DNA of 64,000 nucleotides from positions 32,001 to 96,000 of IMG/VR virus record IMGVR_UViG_3300042090_001530. The stretch is one strand, 5' to 3'. The position numbers and the translations under genes are program-made. Source of the stretch: a virus (Duplodnaviria > Caudoviricetes). Below, piece after piece: positions 20,358 through 29,758 of the stretch (positions are counted from its first letter, which is position 1; the number at the start of each line of letters is the position of its first letter). The notes below the pieces were generated by a model. The model was given only the letters and a program-made list of their open reading frames with translations. It was not told the origin of the DNA and ran no database searches.

Positions 20358-20576
20358 GTGGTCGTGCCCGGGGTTTATAGGCCGTACACGTGGGTGGACA
20401 TCCTCGGGTCATTGAACGGCCAGAACTCGAACGCCGCCGACACTTCCACGTCCGGGGTCGGGGCGGTCGCGGAGGCGGACGAAACCCTCGTCGTGGTGGA
20501 CGCGGTCACCGCGATCGTCGCGGCCCCGGCCGGCTGGGATCAGCAGGCGTGGGGATCGCTCTCGGTCTGGAACTAA
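20358..20576 (+). CDS. Small tail-associated hypothetical protein
   Basis: 72 aa ORF filling the gap in the tail operon. Confidence 0.5.
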   Translation: MVVPGVYRPYTWVDILGSLNGQNSNAADTSTSGVGAVAEADETLVVVDAVTAIVAAPAGWDQQAWGSLSVWN

Positions 20577-20599
20577 AGCCACAGAGGGGGACTTCCTTC

Positions 20600-21229
20600 A
20601 TGGTTGCCGTCGCTTCAGCCCGTGAGTCGATCGCGCTGCGCGGACATCTCGCGTTGACCGTGGTCCAGGACGGCGACCTGAAGCCGGGAGACCTGCAGCG
20701 CTACGCGGACCTCACCGTCCGGGACGGCCTGACTCCGACACAGGCGCTCGAGCAGATCCTCGGGGTGCCGGATCCGGTGCGCGAGCACCGCGAGGGCGAC
20801 AACATCATGTGCACGGCAGGCTGGACAGTTCTGGCTGCGGCGATGGTGTGGTCGGGCGTACAGGACCAGGCGGCTAATCTCGGCCTGACGTCGGGCACGT
20901 TCCTCACGCCGCTGTACGGCGCGGTGGGCGACGGGTCGGGCACTCCGGTGAAGTCCGATGGGCAGCTTTTCGCGGAGCTCTCGCGGCAGACGGTGGGTGC
21001 GGGCGCGTCGAGCCCGGCGACCAGCAGCATTGCGGCCGAGTGCACGTGGCTTTTCTACTTTCCTTCGCCGCTGGTGAACTGGACGATCACGGAGGCCGGG
21101 CTGTTTGCGCTGGCGTCCTCGACGGTGAACTCGGGTTCGATGGTGGATCACTGGGCTTTTTCGCCGACCGTGGCCGTGTCGACCACGAACAGTCTGATCC
21201 TCGAGATCTCCCTGGCTCTCGGGCCCTGA
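20600..21229 (+). CDS. Tail/baseplate protein resembling tail-fibre N-terminal attachment domains
   Basis: YGAVGDGSG...QLFAELSRQ...WTITEAGLFA pattern. Confidence 0.55.
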   Translation: MVAVASARESIALRGHLALTVVQDGDLKPGDLQRYADLTVRDGLTPTQALEQILGVPDPVREHREGDNIMCTAGWTVLAAAMVWSGVQDQAANLGLTSGTFLTPLYGAVGDGSGTPVKSDGQLFAELSRQTVGAGASSPATSSIAAECTWLFYFPSPLVNWTITEAGLFALASSTVNSGSMVDHWAFSPTVAVSTTNSLILEISLALGP

Positions 21230-21230
21230 G

Positions 21231-21983
21231 GTGGCGACAGCACCGTGGCTCGCCGCGTCGGCCGGCTACAAGCCGCAGCCCGGCCAGATCAACCAGCTCT
21301 TGGCTGCTCACACCTCGTCCTGGATCTACACGGGCAACAGCGTGCAGGCGTCGGAGGAGATCGGCTCCGGCGTGTACGTCTCGACCGCGTCGCAGTACCT
21401 GGCGCAGAGTTTCGTCACCGGTGCGGCGCAGACCACGATCGGCGTCGTGTACCTGCAGATCTCGGCGGTGGGCGGCTCCGCCGTGAGCGCGACGATCAGC
21501 CCGCTGACGGTGGCGCTGTACGCGTCGATTGCGGGCCTGCCGACGGGTGCGCCGCTGGCGACGGGGACGCTCGCGGAGGTCTCGGTGTATCTGGGCGCGT
21601 TCTGGCTGCCGGTGCCGCTCGCGGCGAGCGGCCTGACGCCGTCGACCGTGTACCAGCTGGTGGTTTCGCCGGCCGGGTCGTCGGCCTCGTATTTCGCGTG
21701 GCAGCAGTCGAATCAGACCTCCGGCGCGTCCACGTCCCAGTCCGGGACGACGTGGACGGGGCAGGCGTACGGGTTCATGTACCAGATACATGACCTGACG
21801 GGCACGACGTGGCCGCCGGCGTTCCTGGTGGACGACGGCGGCGCGCGCACGACGGCGTTCACGTACAACGCGGCCGGGCAGCTGGCGACGATCACCGAGC
21901 AGGTCGTGTCGCAGTCCGGCGCGGTCCAGTACTCGCAGCGCGCGCTCACCTATTCCAACGGGCTTCTGGCGGGGGTGGCGTAG
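21231..21983 (+). CDS. Minor tail protein, paralogue 1
   Basis: Clearly similar to 23899-24621 (QINQLL/QVNQFL, YLAQSF/YIAQSF, SNQTSGASTS). Confidence 0.7.
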   Translation: MATAPWLAASAGYKPQPGQINQLLAAHTSSWIYTGNSVQASEEIGSGVYVSTASQYLAQSFVTGAAQTTIGVVYLQISAVGGSAVSATISPLTVALYASIAGLPTGAPLATGTLAEVSVYLGAFWLPVPLAASGLTPSTVYQLVVSPAGSSASYFAWQQSNQTSGASTSQSGTTWTGQAYGFMYQIHDLTGTTWPPAFLVDDGGARTTAFTYNAAGQLATITEQVVSQSGAVQYSQRALTYSNGLLAGVA

Positions 21984-21985
21984 CG

Positions 21986-23899
21986 GTGCCTAACCTCGTG
22001 GGATGGGTGACTCCGTACGATTTCGGTGCGGCGGGCAACGGGACGACGAACGACACGGCCGCAGTCCAGGCGGCGATCACGTATGTGGAGGGCCAGGGTG
22101 GCGGGGTCGTCTACTTCCCGGAGGGCGACTTCCTGTGCACGCCGTCGGGAGGCAACCCGGCGCTGACGATCACTAGCAACGACGTGACGCTGATCGGGGC
22201 GAACTCGAATGTGTGCACCCTGACGAAGGGCGGCAATGGGATCCTGCTCGCGATGAGCGGGACGACGAACCCGGTGTCGGGCGCGACGCACGTGAAGTAC
22301 GGCAGTGTCCAGCACCTGGGGTTCGCCGGGGGCGGCTACACGGGCGCGCTGCTGCAGCTGTACTACAACGACAACACGTTGCTGCTCGACCTGTTCATGA
22401 ACAATAACGCCGACATCATGATCGACTGCGTTGAGTTCTGGGACTCCCGTTTCTACTACGTCGTGATGAACAACGGCGGCGGCGGCGCGGGCACGACCAC
22501 CCCGAACGTGTTCCTGCGCAACGCCTCGGCCGTCTCCGGCACCGGGGCGTCCACCGGGAACTGCAACAACATCTACTTCAACGGCTGCCGCTGGGAGTTC
22601 TTCTCCAACGGGGCGCTGTGGGTCGAGCAGGGCACGTACGGCACCGGCAACCCGCAGGAGATCTTCGTCACCGACTGCAAGATGGAGACGAGCAACCTCG
22701 CGGTCGGACCGCACCTGTACACCGACAGTTTCTGCCGCGGTATCTACGTCAACCATCTGTACTGTTTCTCGGGCGGGTTCGCGTCCGGCAGTTCCACCGC
22801 CTACGACGTGATCGACTGGAACGGGCAGGCTTCCACCCTTGAGAACGTTCTGATCATTAACGGCTCGGCGACGTCCGTTGCCAACGGCGTAACCGTGACG
22901 AGCCCCGTGGCCACCGAGAACGCGGTGCTGCGCAACGTCACGGGCATCTACAGCGCCGCCCCGAACGCGCACGTGAACTTCGGCACCGCGATCGGCGGCT
23001 TCGTGATCGACAACTGCAACAGCAACTCGGGGACGCAGTTCACCGGCACGACGCCGAACGGCTCGGTCGCCAACACGGTGCAGACGTTCACCTCGTCGGG
23101 GACGTGGACGAAGCCTCCGGGCGCCATCCTAGTGTCGGTCATCGCGATCGGCGGCGGCGGCGGCGGCGGGTCCGGCGCGGTGCAGGCGTCGGGCACTCTG
23201 GCGACGGGCGGCGCGGGCGGCGCGGGCGGCGGCTACTCGATGGCGACGTTCCCGGCGAGCATCCTCGGCTCGACGGAGACCGTGACCGTGGGCGCCGGCG
23301 GGTTGGGCGGTGCAGCGGTGGGCACGGCTGCGGCCGTCGGCAACGCCGGTGGCACCGGGCACAACAGCAGTTTCCGTTCGTCGGCGCTGCTGGTCGCATC
23401 GGGCGGGACGCAGGGCGCGGGCGGTACGGCGTCGGGCGCCGCGTCGGGCGGTTCGGCCGGGTCGGGGAGTTTCGCGGGCGGCGGCGGCGCGTCGTCGTCC
23501 TCGACCGGCGCTGTCGGCTCGACTGCCGCCACGGTCAGCCAGGGCGCGGCGGGCGGCGGCGGCGGCGGGGGCGTGGCGACGACGGCAGCCTCGGTCGCGG
23601 GCGGCGCGGGCGGCGCCGTGAACTCGTCCGGCGGCAACACGGCCGGCGCTGCGGGTGCGACGGCGGGCGGGACGGGCGGCGCGGGCTCCGGCACTACGGC
23701 GAACTATCCGGTGTCGGGCGCGGGCGGCGGCGGAGGCGGCTCCTCGATCACTGCGGTCGCGGGCGGGACGGGCGGCGCGGGCGGCATCTACGGCGGCGGC
23801 GGCGGGGGCGGCGGCGCGTCGCTGACCGGGCAGTCGTCCGGCGCGGGCGGCGCGGGCGCGGGCGGCATCGTCGTGGTCGTCACGACGGTCGCCACCTGA
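21986..23899 (+). CDS. Tailspike/fibre with pectate-lyase-like beta-helix and glycine-rich C-terminal domain
   Basis: PYDFGAAGNGTTNDTAAVQAAI...GVVYFPEGDF is the typical beta-helix start; FTSSGTWTKP...IGGGGGGG marks the Gly-rich domain. Confidence 0.8.
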   Translation: MPNLVGWVTPYDFGAAGNGTTNDTAAVQAAITYVEGQGGGVVYFPEGDFLCTPSGGNPALTITSNDVTLIGANSNVCTLTKGGNGILLAMSGTTNPVSGATHVKYGSVQHLGFAGGGYTGALLQLYYNDNTLLLDLFMNNNADIMIDCVEFWDSRFYYVVMNNGGGGAGTTTPNVFLRNASAVSGTGASTGNCNNIYFNGCRWEFFSNGALWVEQGTYGTGNPQEIFVTDCKMETSNLAVGPHLYTDSFCRGIYVNHLYCFSGGFASGSSTAYDVIDWNGQASTLENVLIINGSATSVANGVTVTSPVATENAVLRNVTGIYSAAPNAHVNFGTAIGGFVIDNCNSNSGTQFTGTTPNGSVANTVQTFTSSGTWTKPPGAILVSVIAIGGGGGGGSGAVQASGTLATGGAGGAGGGYSMATFPASILGSTETVTVGAGGLGGAAVGTAAAVGNAGGTGHNSSFRSSALLVASGGTQGAGGTASGAASGGSAGSGSFAGGGGASSSSTGAVGSTAATVSQGAAGGGGGGGVATTAASVAGGAGGAVNSSGGNTAGAAGATAGGTGGAGSGTTANYPVSGAGGGGGGSSITAVAGGTGGAGGIYGGGGGGGGASLTGQSSGAGGAGAGGIVVVVTTVAT

Positions 23900-24621
23900 T
23901 GGCGACACCCGCGTGGATCGGCGCGACCCCGAGCTCGCCGCCGCTCGCCGCTCAGGTCAACCAGTTCCTGACCACGCATGCGATCACCTACCTGTACAGC
24001 GGGGCGTACGGCGGCGGCCAGACCACGTTGGGGTCCGGCGGCGTCAACTCGAACGGGCTGTACATCGCGCAGTCCTTCACGGCCGCCGCCACGTATTCGC
24101 TGGGCCGCGTCGTACTCGGGTTCAACACCGTGACGGGCACGCCGACGGCCCCGACCACGATCTCGATCCAGACCTCGACCGGGGGCGCGCCATCCGGGAC
24201 CGCCTTGATCAGCACGACGGTGCCGCCGCAGTTCCTCGCCAGCAACGTCTCCATACCGGTCCCGTGCGCACTGGCCTCGGGAACCGTGTATTGGATCGTG
24301 CTCGCGGCCGTGGGTGACGCTTCGAACTTCGCGACATGGCTCAAATCGAATCAGACGTCGGGCGCGAGCACCAGCACGAACGGCACGTCGTGGACGGCGC
24401 AGGCGTACGGGCTGTACTACGCCCTGTGGGATCAGTCGGCGTTTCTCCCGCTCGCGCACACATGGGAGGACGGCGGGGCGCGCTGGACGTCCGAGTTGTA
24501 TACGGGCGTGAACGAACTGTCGTCCCTCCAGGAATGCACGGTCGCACAGGGCAGCGGCCAGTACGTCTCAAGCTCGAGGGCGTTGACCTATTCCGGTTCG
24601 AATCTGATCTCGGTGGCTTGA
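23899..24621 (+). CDS. Minor tail protein, paralogue 2
   Basis: TGATG coupling; paralogous to 21231-21983. Confidence 0.7.
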   Translation: MATPAWIGATPSSPPLAAQVNQFLTTHAITYLYSGAYGGGQTTLGSGGVNSNGLYIAQSFTAAATYSLGRVVLGFNTVTGTPTAPTTISIQTSTGGAPSGTALISTTVPPQFLASNVSIPVPCALASGTVYWIVLAAVGDASNFATWLKSNQTSGASTSTNGTSWTAQAYGLYYALWDQSAFLPLAHTWEDGGARWTSELYTGVNELSSLQECTVAQGSGQYVSSSRALTYSGSNLISVA

Positions 24622-24637
24622 CGACGGAGGTGCGCGG

Positions 24638-26962
24638 ATGCCGGTGACCTCGAGCTCCGTCTGGAACGCGGCGCAGGCCGGGCTGATCGGCAACGCGGCA
24701 GCCACGGCAGCCTCAGCCCAGGTGAACCAACTGCTCACCACGCACCCGGCCACGGCGATCTACCAAGGCAACCGTGTTCTTCAGCCGGAGATCATCTACT
24801 CGACGACGCAGAACCCTTGGAACGTCCCGCTCGGCACCCTCGATGTCGACCAGCCCTTCACGATGTCCGGCACCGTCATCGGCCGGATCCAACTGCCGGT
24901 CCTCGCCGTGGGGAACGGCGCCGACCTGCTCGTGTCACTGTGCGCGGACAACGGGTCCGGCCAGCCCGGCACCATGGTCACGCAAACGCGCATCCCAGGT
25001 TCGTGGATCAGCGCCCTAGGTGCGGTGAACGCCCCCACGGGACCGGCGACACAGTTCCCAGTGGTCCAGTATTCGAACTCCCCGCTGGCAGTGGCACAGT
25101 TCAACATCTGGTCTGAGGCACTGCAGGTCGTCCAAGCGTACAACTACCCCGCCATCACGTTCATGGGCATCTCGGCGACCCCGTCGACCGCGTACTACCA
25201 GGGGTACATCATCGCTGTCGGCGGGGTGAGCAACGACGTCGCCCTGTCCACCGTGTACACGATCCCGTACAGTTCGGAAGGGGTGCTCTCGCCGACAGTG
25301 CCGCAGCCCGCGTTCCCGAACCCGAACGACGGCTCCTCGGCGACGATCGTGGCCGTCGACTCGTCCACGGGCGCCCCGGTGGTCGTGAACTGCGGCGGCG
25401 GCACCTCCTACGAAGGCGCGCCGGTCACGAACGCGTTCACGTCGTCGCTGACCACCTCGACCGGGCAACTCTCGGCGTGGGCGGCGCAGGCGGCACTGCC
25501 GGCGGCGATCCAGAACCACGGCATGGCCACCTGGGGCGGGTACGTGTATGTGGTCGGCGGCCGCACCTCTTCCGGGCTCGTCAACACCGTGTATTACGCG
25601 CAGGTGCAGAACGGCCAGATCGCGGCGTGGAACACGGGGACGCCGCTGCCACTGGCGGAGCAACTGCCGTTCGTCGTGGCGTGCAACGGGCTGCTGGTGG
25701 TGTTCGGCGGCGCCAACGCCTCGTTCGCCGGGAATCAGACGGCGTACTACGCGGTGATCAACGAGGGCGGGTCGCTCGGCCCGTGGCTGACACTGCCACC
25801 GCTGTACGCGGCCACCTATAACCTAAACGCGAACCCGTACGCGAATCAGTTCGGGATCATCAGCGCCACGAACTTCAATACCCTGACATTCTCCGAGCAG
25901 GGCGGCCCCTCGACCGAGTGGGGCACGATCACGTCGGGCGCGGGTGGCGTCCTGCTCGGCTACAACGATTCCGGCAACGGCCAGGTGCTGGTCTATGCGC
26001 TCTCCCCGAGCGAGAACCAGTTCGGCACCGTGTACATGAACCTGGTGCCGTACATTTCGGTGCCGCTCCCAGCGACGGGCCTGACCAGCGGGAACACGTA
26101 CCACATCTTGATCCAACAAAAGGGCGGAGATGCCGTCGACTACCTGTCGACGATGATCGGGTTCCGGACGTACACGGCATCATCCGGCCCGACCGCGCAG
26201 ACGAGCCCGCCCGGCGCGTACACGTGGACGACGGTAGCCACTAGTGACGCCGTGCCGATCCAGGTCTTCGATCAGACGCCGCCGGCCGCCCCGGGGATCC
26301 TGCCGTGGCACACCTGGTCGGATCAGGGCGCGCGCATTACCACGATCGTATGCGCGACGACCCCGGACCAGCGGCTGCTCGGCATATGCGAGGCGACCCG
26401 CATGGGGCTCGCGCTGAACCAGAACCAAGGGTTCGAGGCCGGCCTCTCCCCCTGGACGTGGTCCGGCGGCACGGCCGTCCAGTCCACCGCCCAGTCGTAC
26501 TCGGGGCTGCACTGCGCGCAGATCACCCCGAACGGCACCTCCGCATCCTGCTCCTTCGCCTCGGAGATTCTGCCGTGCCTGCCCGGGCAGGCGGTCACTG
26601 CGGCGGGCTGGTTCTACTTCACCAACACGGTAACCTCGAACTTTTCGCTCTCCGTAACGTGGTACACGGCCGTGACCGGCGGCACTGCGATCTCCACGAC
26701 CGCGAACCTCGTCAGCGTCAGCCCGGCCACCTGGACTGAGGTCGTCAACAACCTGACAGCGGTCGGCGGGGCGTACGGGTTCCAGATGGTGGCCACGCTC
26801 AGCGGAACCCCCGCGTCGTCGCAACTCTGGTACGTCGACAACGCCATCGGCACATACACCTACACCGGGCCGCAGCAATCCTCAGTCACGCAACTCGAAT
26901 ACGGGGGCAACTGGCCCTCGTATCAGACGTGGCCGCCCCTCGGCTCGACCGTGCTCGCGTAG
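24638..26962 (+). CDS. Tail protein with Kelch-like repeats and carbohydrate-binding-like C-terminal domain (paralogue 3)
   Basis: YIIAVGG, YVYVVGG, LLVVFGG with W...LP Kelch-like blades; NQGFEAGLSPW...YVDN CBM-like region. Confidence 0.7.
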   Translation: MPVTSSSVWNAAQAGLIGNAAATAASAQVNQLLTTHPATAIYQGNRVLQPEIIYSTTQNPWNVPLGTLDVDQPFTMSGTVIGRIQLPVLAVGNGADLLVSLCADNGSGQPGTMVTQTRIPGSWISALGAVNAPTGPATQFPVVQYSNSPLAVAQFNIWSEALQVVQAYNYPAITFMGISATPSTAYYQGYIIAVGGVSNDVALSTVYTIPYSSEGVLSPTVPQPAFPNPNDGSSATIVAVDSSTGAPVVVNCGGGTSYEGAPVTNAFTSSLTTSTGQLSAWAAQAALPAAIQNHGMATWGGYVYVVGGRTSSGLVNTVYYAQVQNGQIAAWNTGTPLPLAEQLPFVVACNGLLVVFGGANASFAGNQTAYYAVINEGGSLGPWLTLPPLYAATYNLNANPYANQFGIISATNFNTLTFSEQGGPSTEWGTITSGAGGVLLGYNDSGNGQVLVYALSPSENQFGTVYMNLVPYISVPLPATGLTSGNTYHILIQQKGGDAVDYLSTMIGFRTYTASSGPTAQTSPPGAYTWTTVATSDAVPIQVFDQTPPAAPGILPWHTWSDQGARITTIVCATTPDQRLLGICEATRMGLALNQNQGFEAGLSPWTWSGGTAVQSTAQSYSGLHCAQITPNGTSASCSFASEILPCLPGQAVTAAGWFYFTNTVTSNFSLSVTWYTAVTGGTAISTTANLVSVSPATWTEVVNNLTAVGGAYGFQMVATLSGTPASSQLWYVDNAIGTYTYTGPQQSSVTQLEYGGNWPSYQTWPPLGSTVLA

Positions 26963-27035
26963 CTGCGCCGCTCTCCCGCATCCTCTGTCCCGCCCCATCC
27001 GGGCGCCGTGAACCCACATTCGGCAGAGAGGGTGC

Positions 27036-27530
27036 ATGGTGGCCGACACCTTCGAACTCATCGCCCTCGCCGCGGTCGCACAGCTGCAGCCGCTCGTCAA
27101 CGCCACACCCGCCTCCACCACCACCAACGGCACGCCCACCTCCGGCACTACCGAGACCGAAGACGCAGTCCTCGGCACCTACCAGTGCAACCTGATCTCC
27201 GGGCGCCGATACATGGCCGTCATGAACGGCCTCGTCGGCAACGGCTCCGTCGTGTCCGACGTGTTCCTCCTCAACATCCGCAACTCCGGCTCCTCATCTG
27301 CGCCGACGAGCTCGAGCACGCTCGTGGCCCAGCAAGAGTGGACGCCGCAGACCGCAGGCACCTCCGGGCGGTCGCCGATCCCGCTCGCCGGCTCTTTCAT
27401 CGCCCCCGCCACCGGGCTCAACACGTTCGCTTTCTTCGCGCAGCGCACGGCCGGCACCGGGGTGTTCACCCCCATCTCGCCACTCGCCATCGCGCGCGAG
27501 CTCTTCGTGATGTACCTAGGAGCCGTCTGA
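27036..27530 (+). CDS. Hypothetical structural protein
   Basis: GAGAGGG RBS; beta-rich 164 aa at the end of the tail cluster. Confidence 0.6.
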   Translation: MVADTFELIALAAVAQLQPLVNATPASTTTNGTPTSGTTETEDAVLGTYQCNLISGRRYMAVMNGLVGNGSVVSDVFLLNIRNSGSSSAPTSSSTLVAQQEWTPQTAGTSGRSPIPLAGSFIAPATGLNTFAFFAQRTAGTGVFTPISPLAIARELFVMYLGAV

Positions 27531-27757
27531 TGACCGTCGCACCCGAGCCCATGCGCCAGGAGGCGCCGTACCCCGAGATCCTCGCCGGACTGGTCGACCG
27601 GCTCCGGTACCGCGCGGGCTGGCTGTTCGCGTTGCGCGACATCGACCGCGGGCAAGGCAGCTCCTCCGGAGCCCTGAAGCGCCGGGGTTCCTCGCCAGAC
27701 ACTGCTGAACGACTAGCGGTGAGGGAGAGTGAACCGCGGTGTCACTGCCTGACTTGA
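27530..27757 (+). pseudogene. Probably truncated small gene
   Basis: TGATG-coupled start; coding character is lost at 27660, where an IS605-end-like sequence begins. Confidence 0.45.
27661..27693 (-). mobile_element. Orphan IS200/IS605-like right-end remnant
   Basis: CTCCTCC-N6-CTGAAG-N6-GGTTCCTC matches the spacing of CTCCTCC-N6-CTGAAG-N6-GATTCCTC at 58669-58701. Confidence 0.55.
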
Positions 27758-27840
27758 GCGCACTCGACAAGCACAAGACCGGCGGATTCGCCCCCGGCTA
27801 TCCGGCGAACGCGAGGACTTTCTACAGTCCTGTCGCCTAG
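27739..27840 (+). pseudogene. 33-codon gene stub cut off by the inverted HNH gene
   Basis: GAGGGAGAG RBS, then VSLPDLSALDKHKTGGFAPGYPANARTFYSPVA*; its stop overlaps the HNH stop. From memory it resembles the N-terminus of PLD-domain prophage proteins (unverified). Confidence 0.4.
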
Positions 27841-28634
27841 ACTCCCTCTGCGCCGCTTTCTTGCGCGGCTTCCCGCCGCCGACGCACGGCAGCCCTTCCG
27901 CACTCCTTGCAGACCCTAGCGCCGCGATACCACCGCGTGTTCTCTTCGGAGAACGCATGGCCGTGTTTGCAGTGCGTCTTAACGGCATTGGCGGCCGAGA
28001 CGGTACGTGCCCGCAATGTGTTGATCCGTGAGGTTGTCGGCTGCAGGTGAGCGGGGTTAACGCACCTGCGATGGCTACACGTGTCGCCGCCCGTGCATCG
28101 CGAGAAGTCGGTATGGCACATATGGTCCAGCTGAAGTCCATCCGGAATCTCGCCGACCAACTGCTCGTAGGCCCATCGGTGAACGAGGACGAAGCGGCCC
28201 GACTTGCCCCCCATCCGCACTTGGCAGTAGCCGTGCTTGCCGGGTTTGCCCTGCCAAACCCAGCACGGGCCCAGTTCGGGCTTGTGCCCCGGAACGGGCC
28301 CGTCCTTGTCAACTTTCGACCAGAACCTACGGTCATCGTCGCCATGGATCCGCTTTTGCACAAGCGGATCTCCGTAGCGATGCCAACGCTGATAGTGGAC
28401 GTTGCACCACCCTTTCACCTTCGCGCCCTCAGGGCAGTCGGCGATGGCGCACTTCACGAAAGCCTTTGGCTGCGGCTCGGCTCGCTGCAAGCGCTTCTCG
28501 GCGGCCTTCTTCTGCGCCCAAGCCTTTCCTCGCGCGCGAGCGCAGAGCCGACACTCCCTGGCGCGGCCGGGTCGATCGATCGTGCTTTCCGCGGTCCAGG
28601 GGTGGCCCTGGGCGCAACCCATCGATGATTTCAC
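27837..28634 (-). CDS. HNH homing endonuclease with flanking Cys/His zinc modules
   Basis: CWVWQG...GY...VHRWAYE...IPDGLQLDHMC...RCVNPAHL...N; CxxGH...CxxC modules at both ends; opposite strand to the operon. Confidence 0.85.
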   Translation of the reverse strand: MKSSMGCAQGHPWTAESTIDRPGRARECRLCARARGKAWAQKKAAEKRLQRAEPQPKAFVKCAIADCPEGAKVKGWCNVHYQRWHRYGDPLVQKRIHGDDDRRFWSKVDKDGPVPGHKPELGPCWVWQGKPGKHGYCQVRMGGKSGRFVLVHRWAYEQLVGEIPDGLQLDHMCHTDFSRCTGGDTCSHRRCVNPAHLQPTTSRINTLRARTVSAANAVKTHCKHGHAFSEENTRWYRGARVCKECGRAAVRRRREAAQESGAEGV

Positions 28635-28672
28635 TTTTCAGTTGTAGCAGCAACGCGAGTCTGAGGTGGCGA

Positions 28673-29119
28673 ATGTTTGACGCTGTAGAAGAAGTCGCTG
28701 CCCATACTCAGACCGAGACGCATCACTATTCGGTGCGCTTTCCGGCCCACCCCGCGCGCACCGACGATCCGCACTACAGGGACTTCGATCACCTGCACCG
28801 CGAGTGGAAGAAGGATCCCGAACGATGGCAGTGCGCCGTTGGCAAGCATCGCGGCGACTTCTCCGAATGCGACCTCGCCAAGCCGCTCGAACTGCACCAC
28901 GCGCACGTCGAGTTCAGCTTGCAAAACGGCGTCGACCTGTCATGGCTTGAGGCGGACTATCCGGGAATCTCGAACCCCGACGAGGTCGGAGCCTGGGTCG
29001 AGAGCCCGGACAACCTCTTAGTCCTGTGCGTAGCCCATCATCGCGGCCCGGGCGGCGTGCACGTCGCGTCCGCCTCGGACTTCGAGGCAGAGAAGTACGT
29101 GAGAGGACTCATCTCTTGA
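28673..29119 (+). CDS. HNH-like His-rich protein
   Basis: LELHHAHVEF...NLLVLCVAHHRG..GVH; GAGG RBS. Confidence 0.55.
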   Translation: MFDAVEEVAAHTQTETHHYSVRFPAHPARTDDPHYRDFDHLHREWKKDPERWQCAVGKHRGDFSECDLAKPLELHHAHVEFSLQNGVDLSWLEADYPGISNPDEVGAWVESPDNLLVLCVAHHRGPGGVHVASASDFEAEKYVRGLIS

Positions 29120-29204
29120 GCCGCCCGCTGATCCTCGTCGCGGCCGAAGCGCGTGCCCGAGTAGACATGATTCACCACGCGATGTTGACGAAGGCCGCGA
29201 AGAA

Positions 29205-29758
29205 GTGACCGCTGTCGCCGACGGGCCACCAGGACGCTCGGATGCTGCGCGGGTGCTGATCGGCGCAGGTTTCACGGCGTCCGACATCGAACGCGTACTC
29301 GCAGGGGCGCCTGAGACATCCAAGCGCGCCTGGGTGCGCCCGGCGGTGTTCGGCGCGTCCGACGGCCTCATGTCGATCTTGGGTGTGGTGTTCTATCTGG
29401 GCAACCATGCCGGGCTCATCGTCCCGGCCGCCGCGATCGGCGGCCTCGGCGCCTCGCTGTCCATGGCGGCAGGGGAGTGGCTTTCGGAGAGCAGCAAGGG
29501 ATTCAGGGCGTCGTTGGTGATGGGCGCGGCACCGGCGTCGGCTCCATCGTCCCCGCGTTCCCGTACGCATTCCTTCACGGCGGCGCGGCGTTCGCGCTCT
29601 CGACAGTGCTGTGCATGGCCCTGACCGTCGCCGTCGGACTGCTGCGCACCACGCCGCCGCAGCGTGCCAGGCGGGTCGCGGTCACCATCGGCGTGCTCGC
29701 CGTCGTCTACGGCGTCACCCTCGCGTGTGCACTGGCGACCCGGGGAGGTGCGGCTTGA
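29205..29758 (+). pseudogene. VIT1/CCC1-family membrane protein, frameshifted near 29530
   Basis: VFGASDGLMS and SLSMAAGEWLS motifs; the C-terminal half (VGSIVPAFPY) continues in another frame after an apparent 1-nt loss. Confidence 0.65.

Noticed and set aside
23140-23880. GGC-rich repeats as a DNA repeat element
   Set aside because: Explained by the glycine-rich domain of the tailspike.
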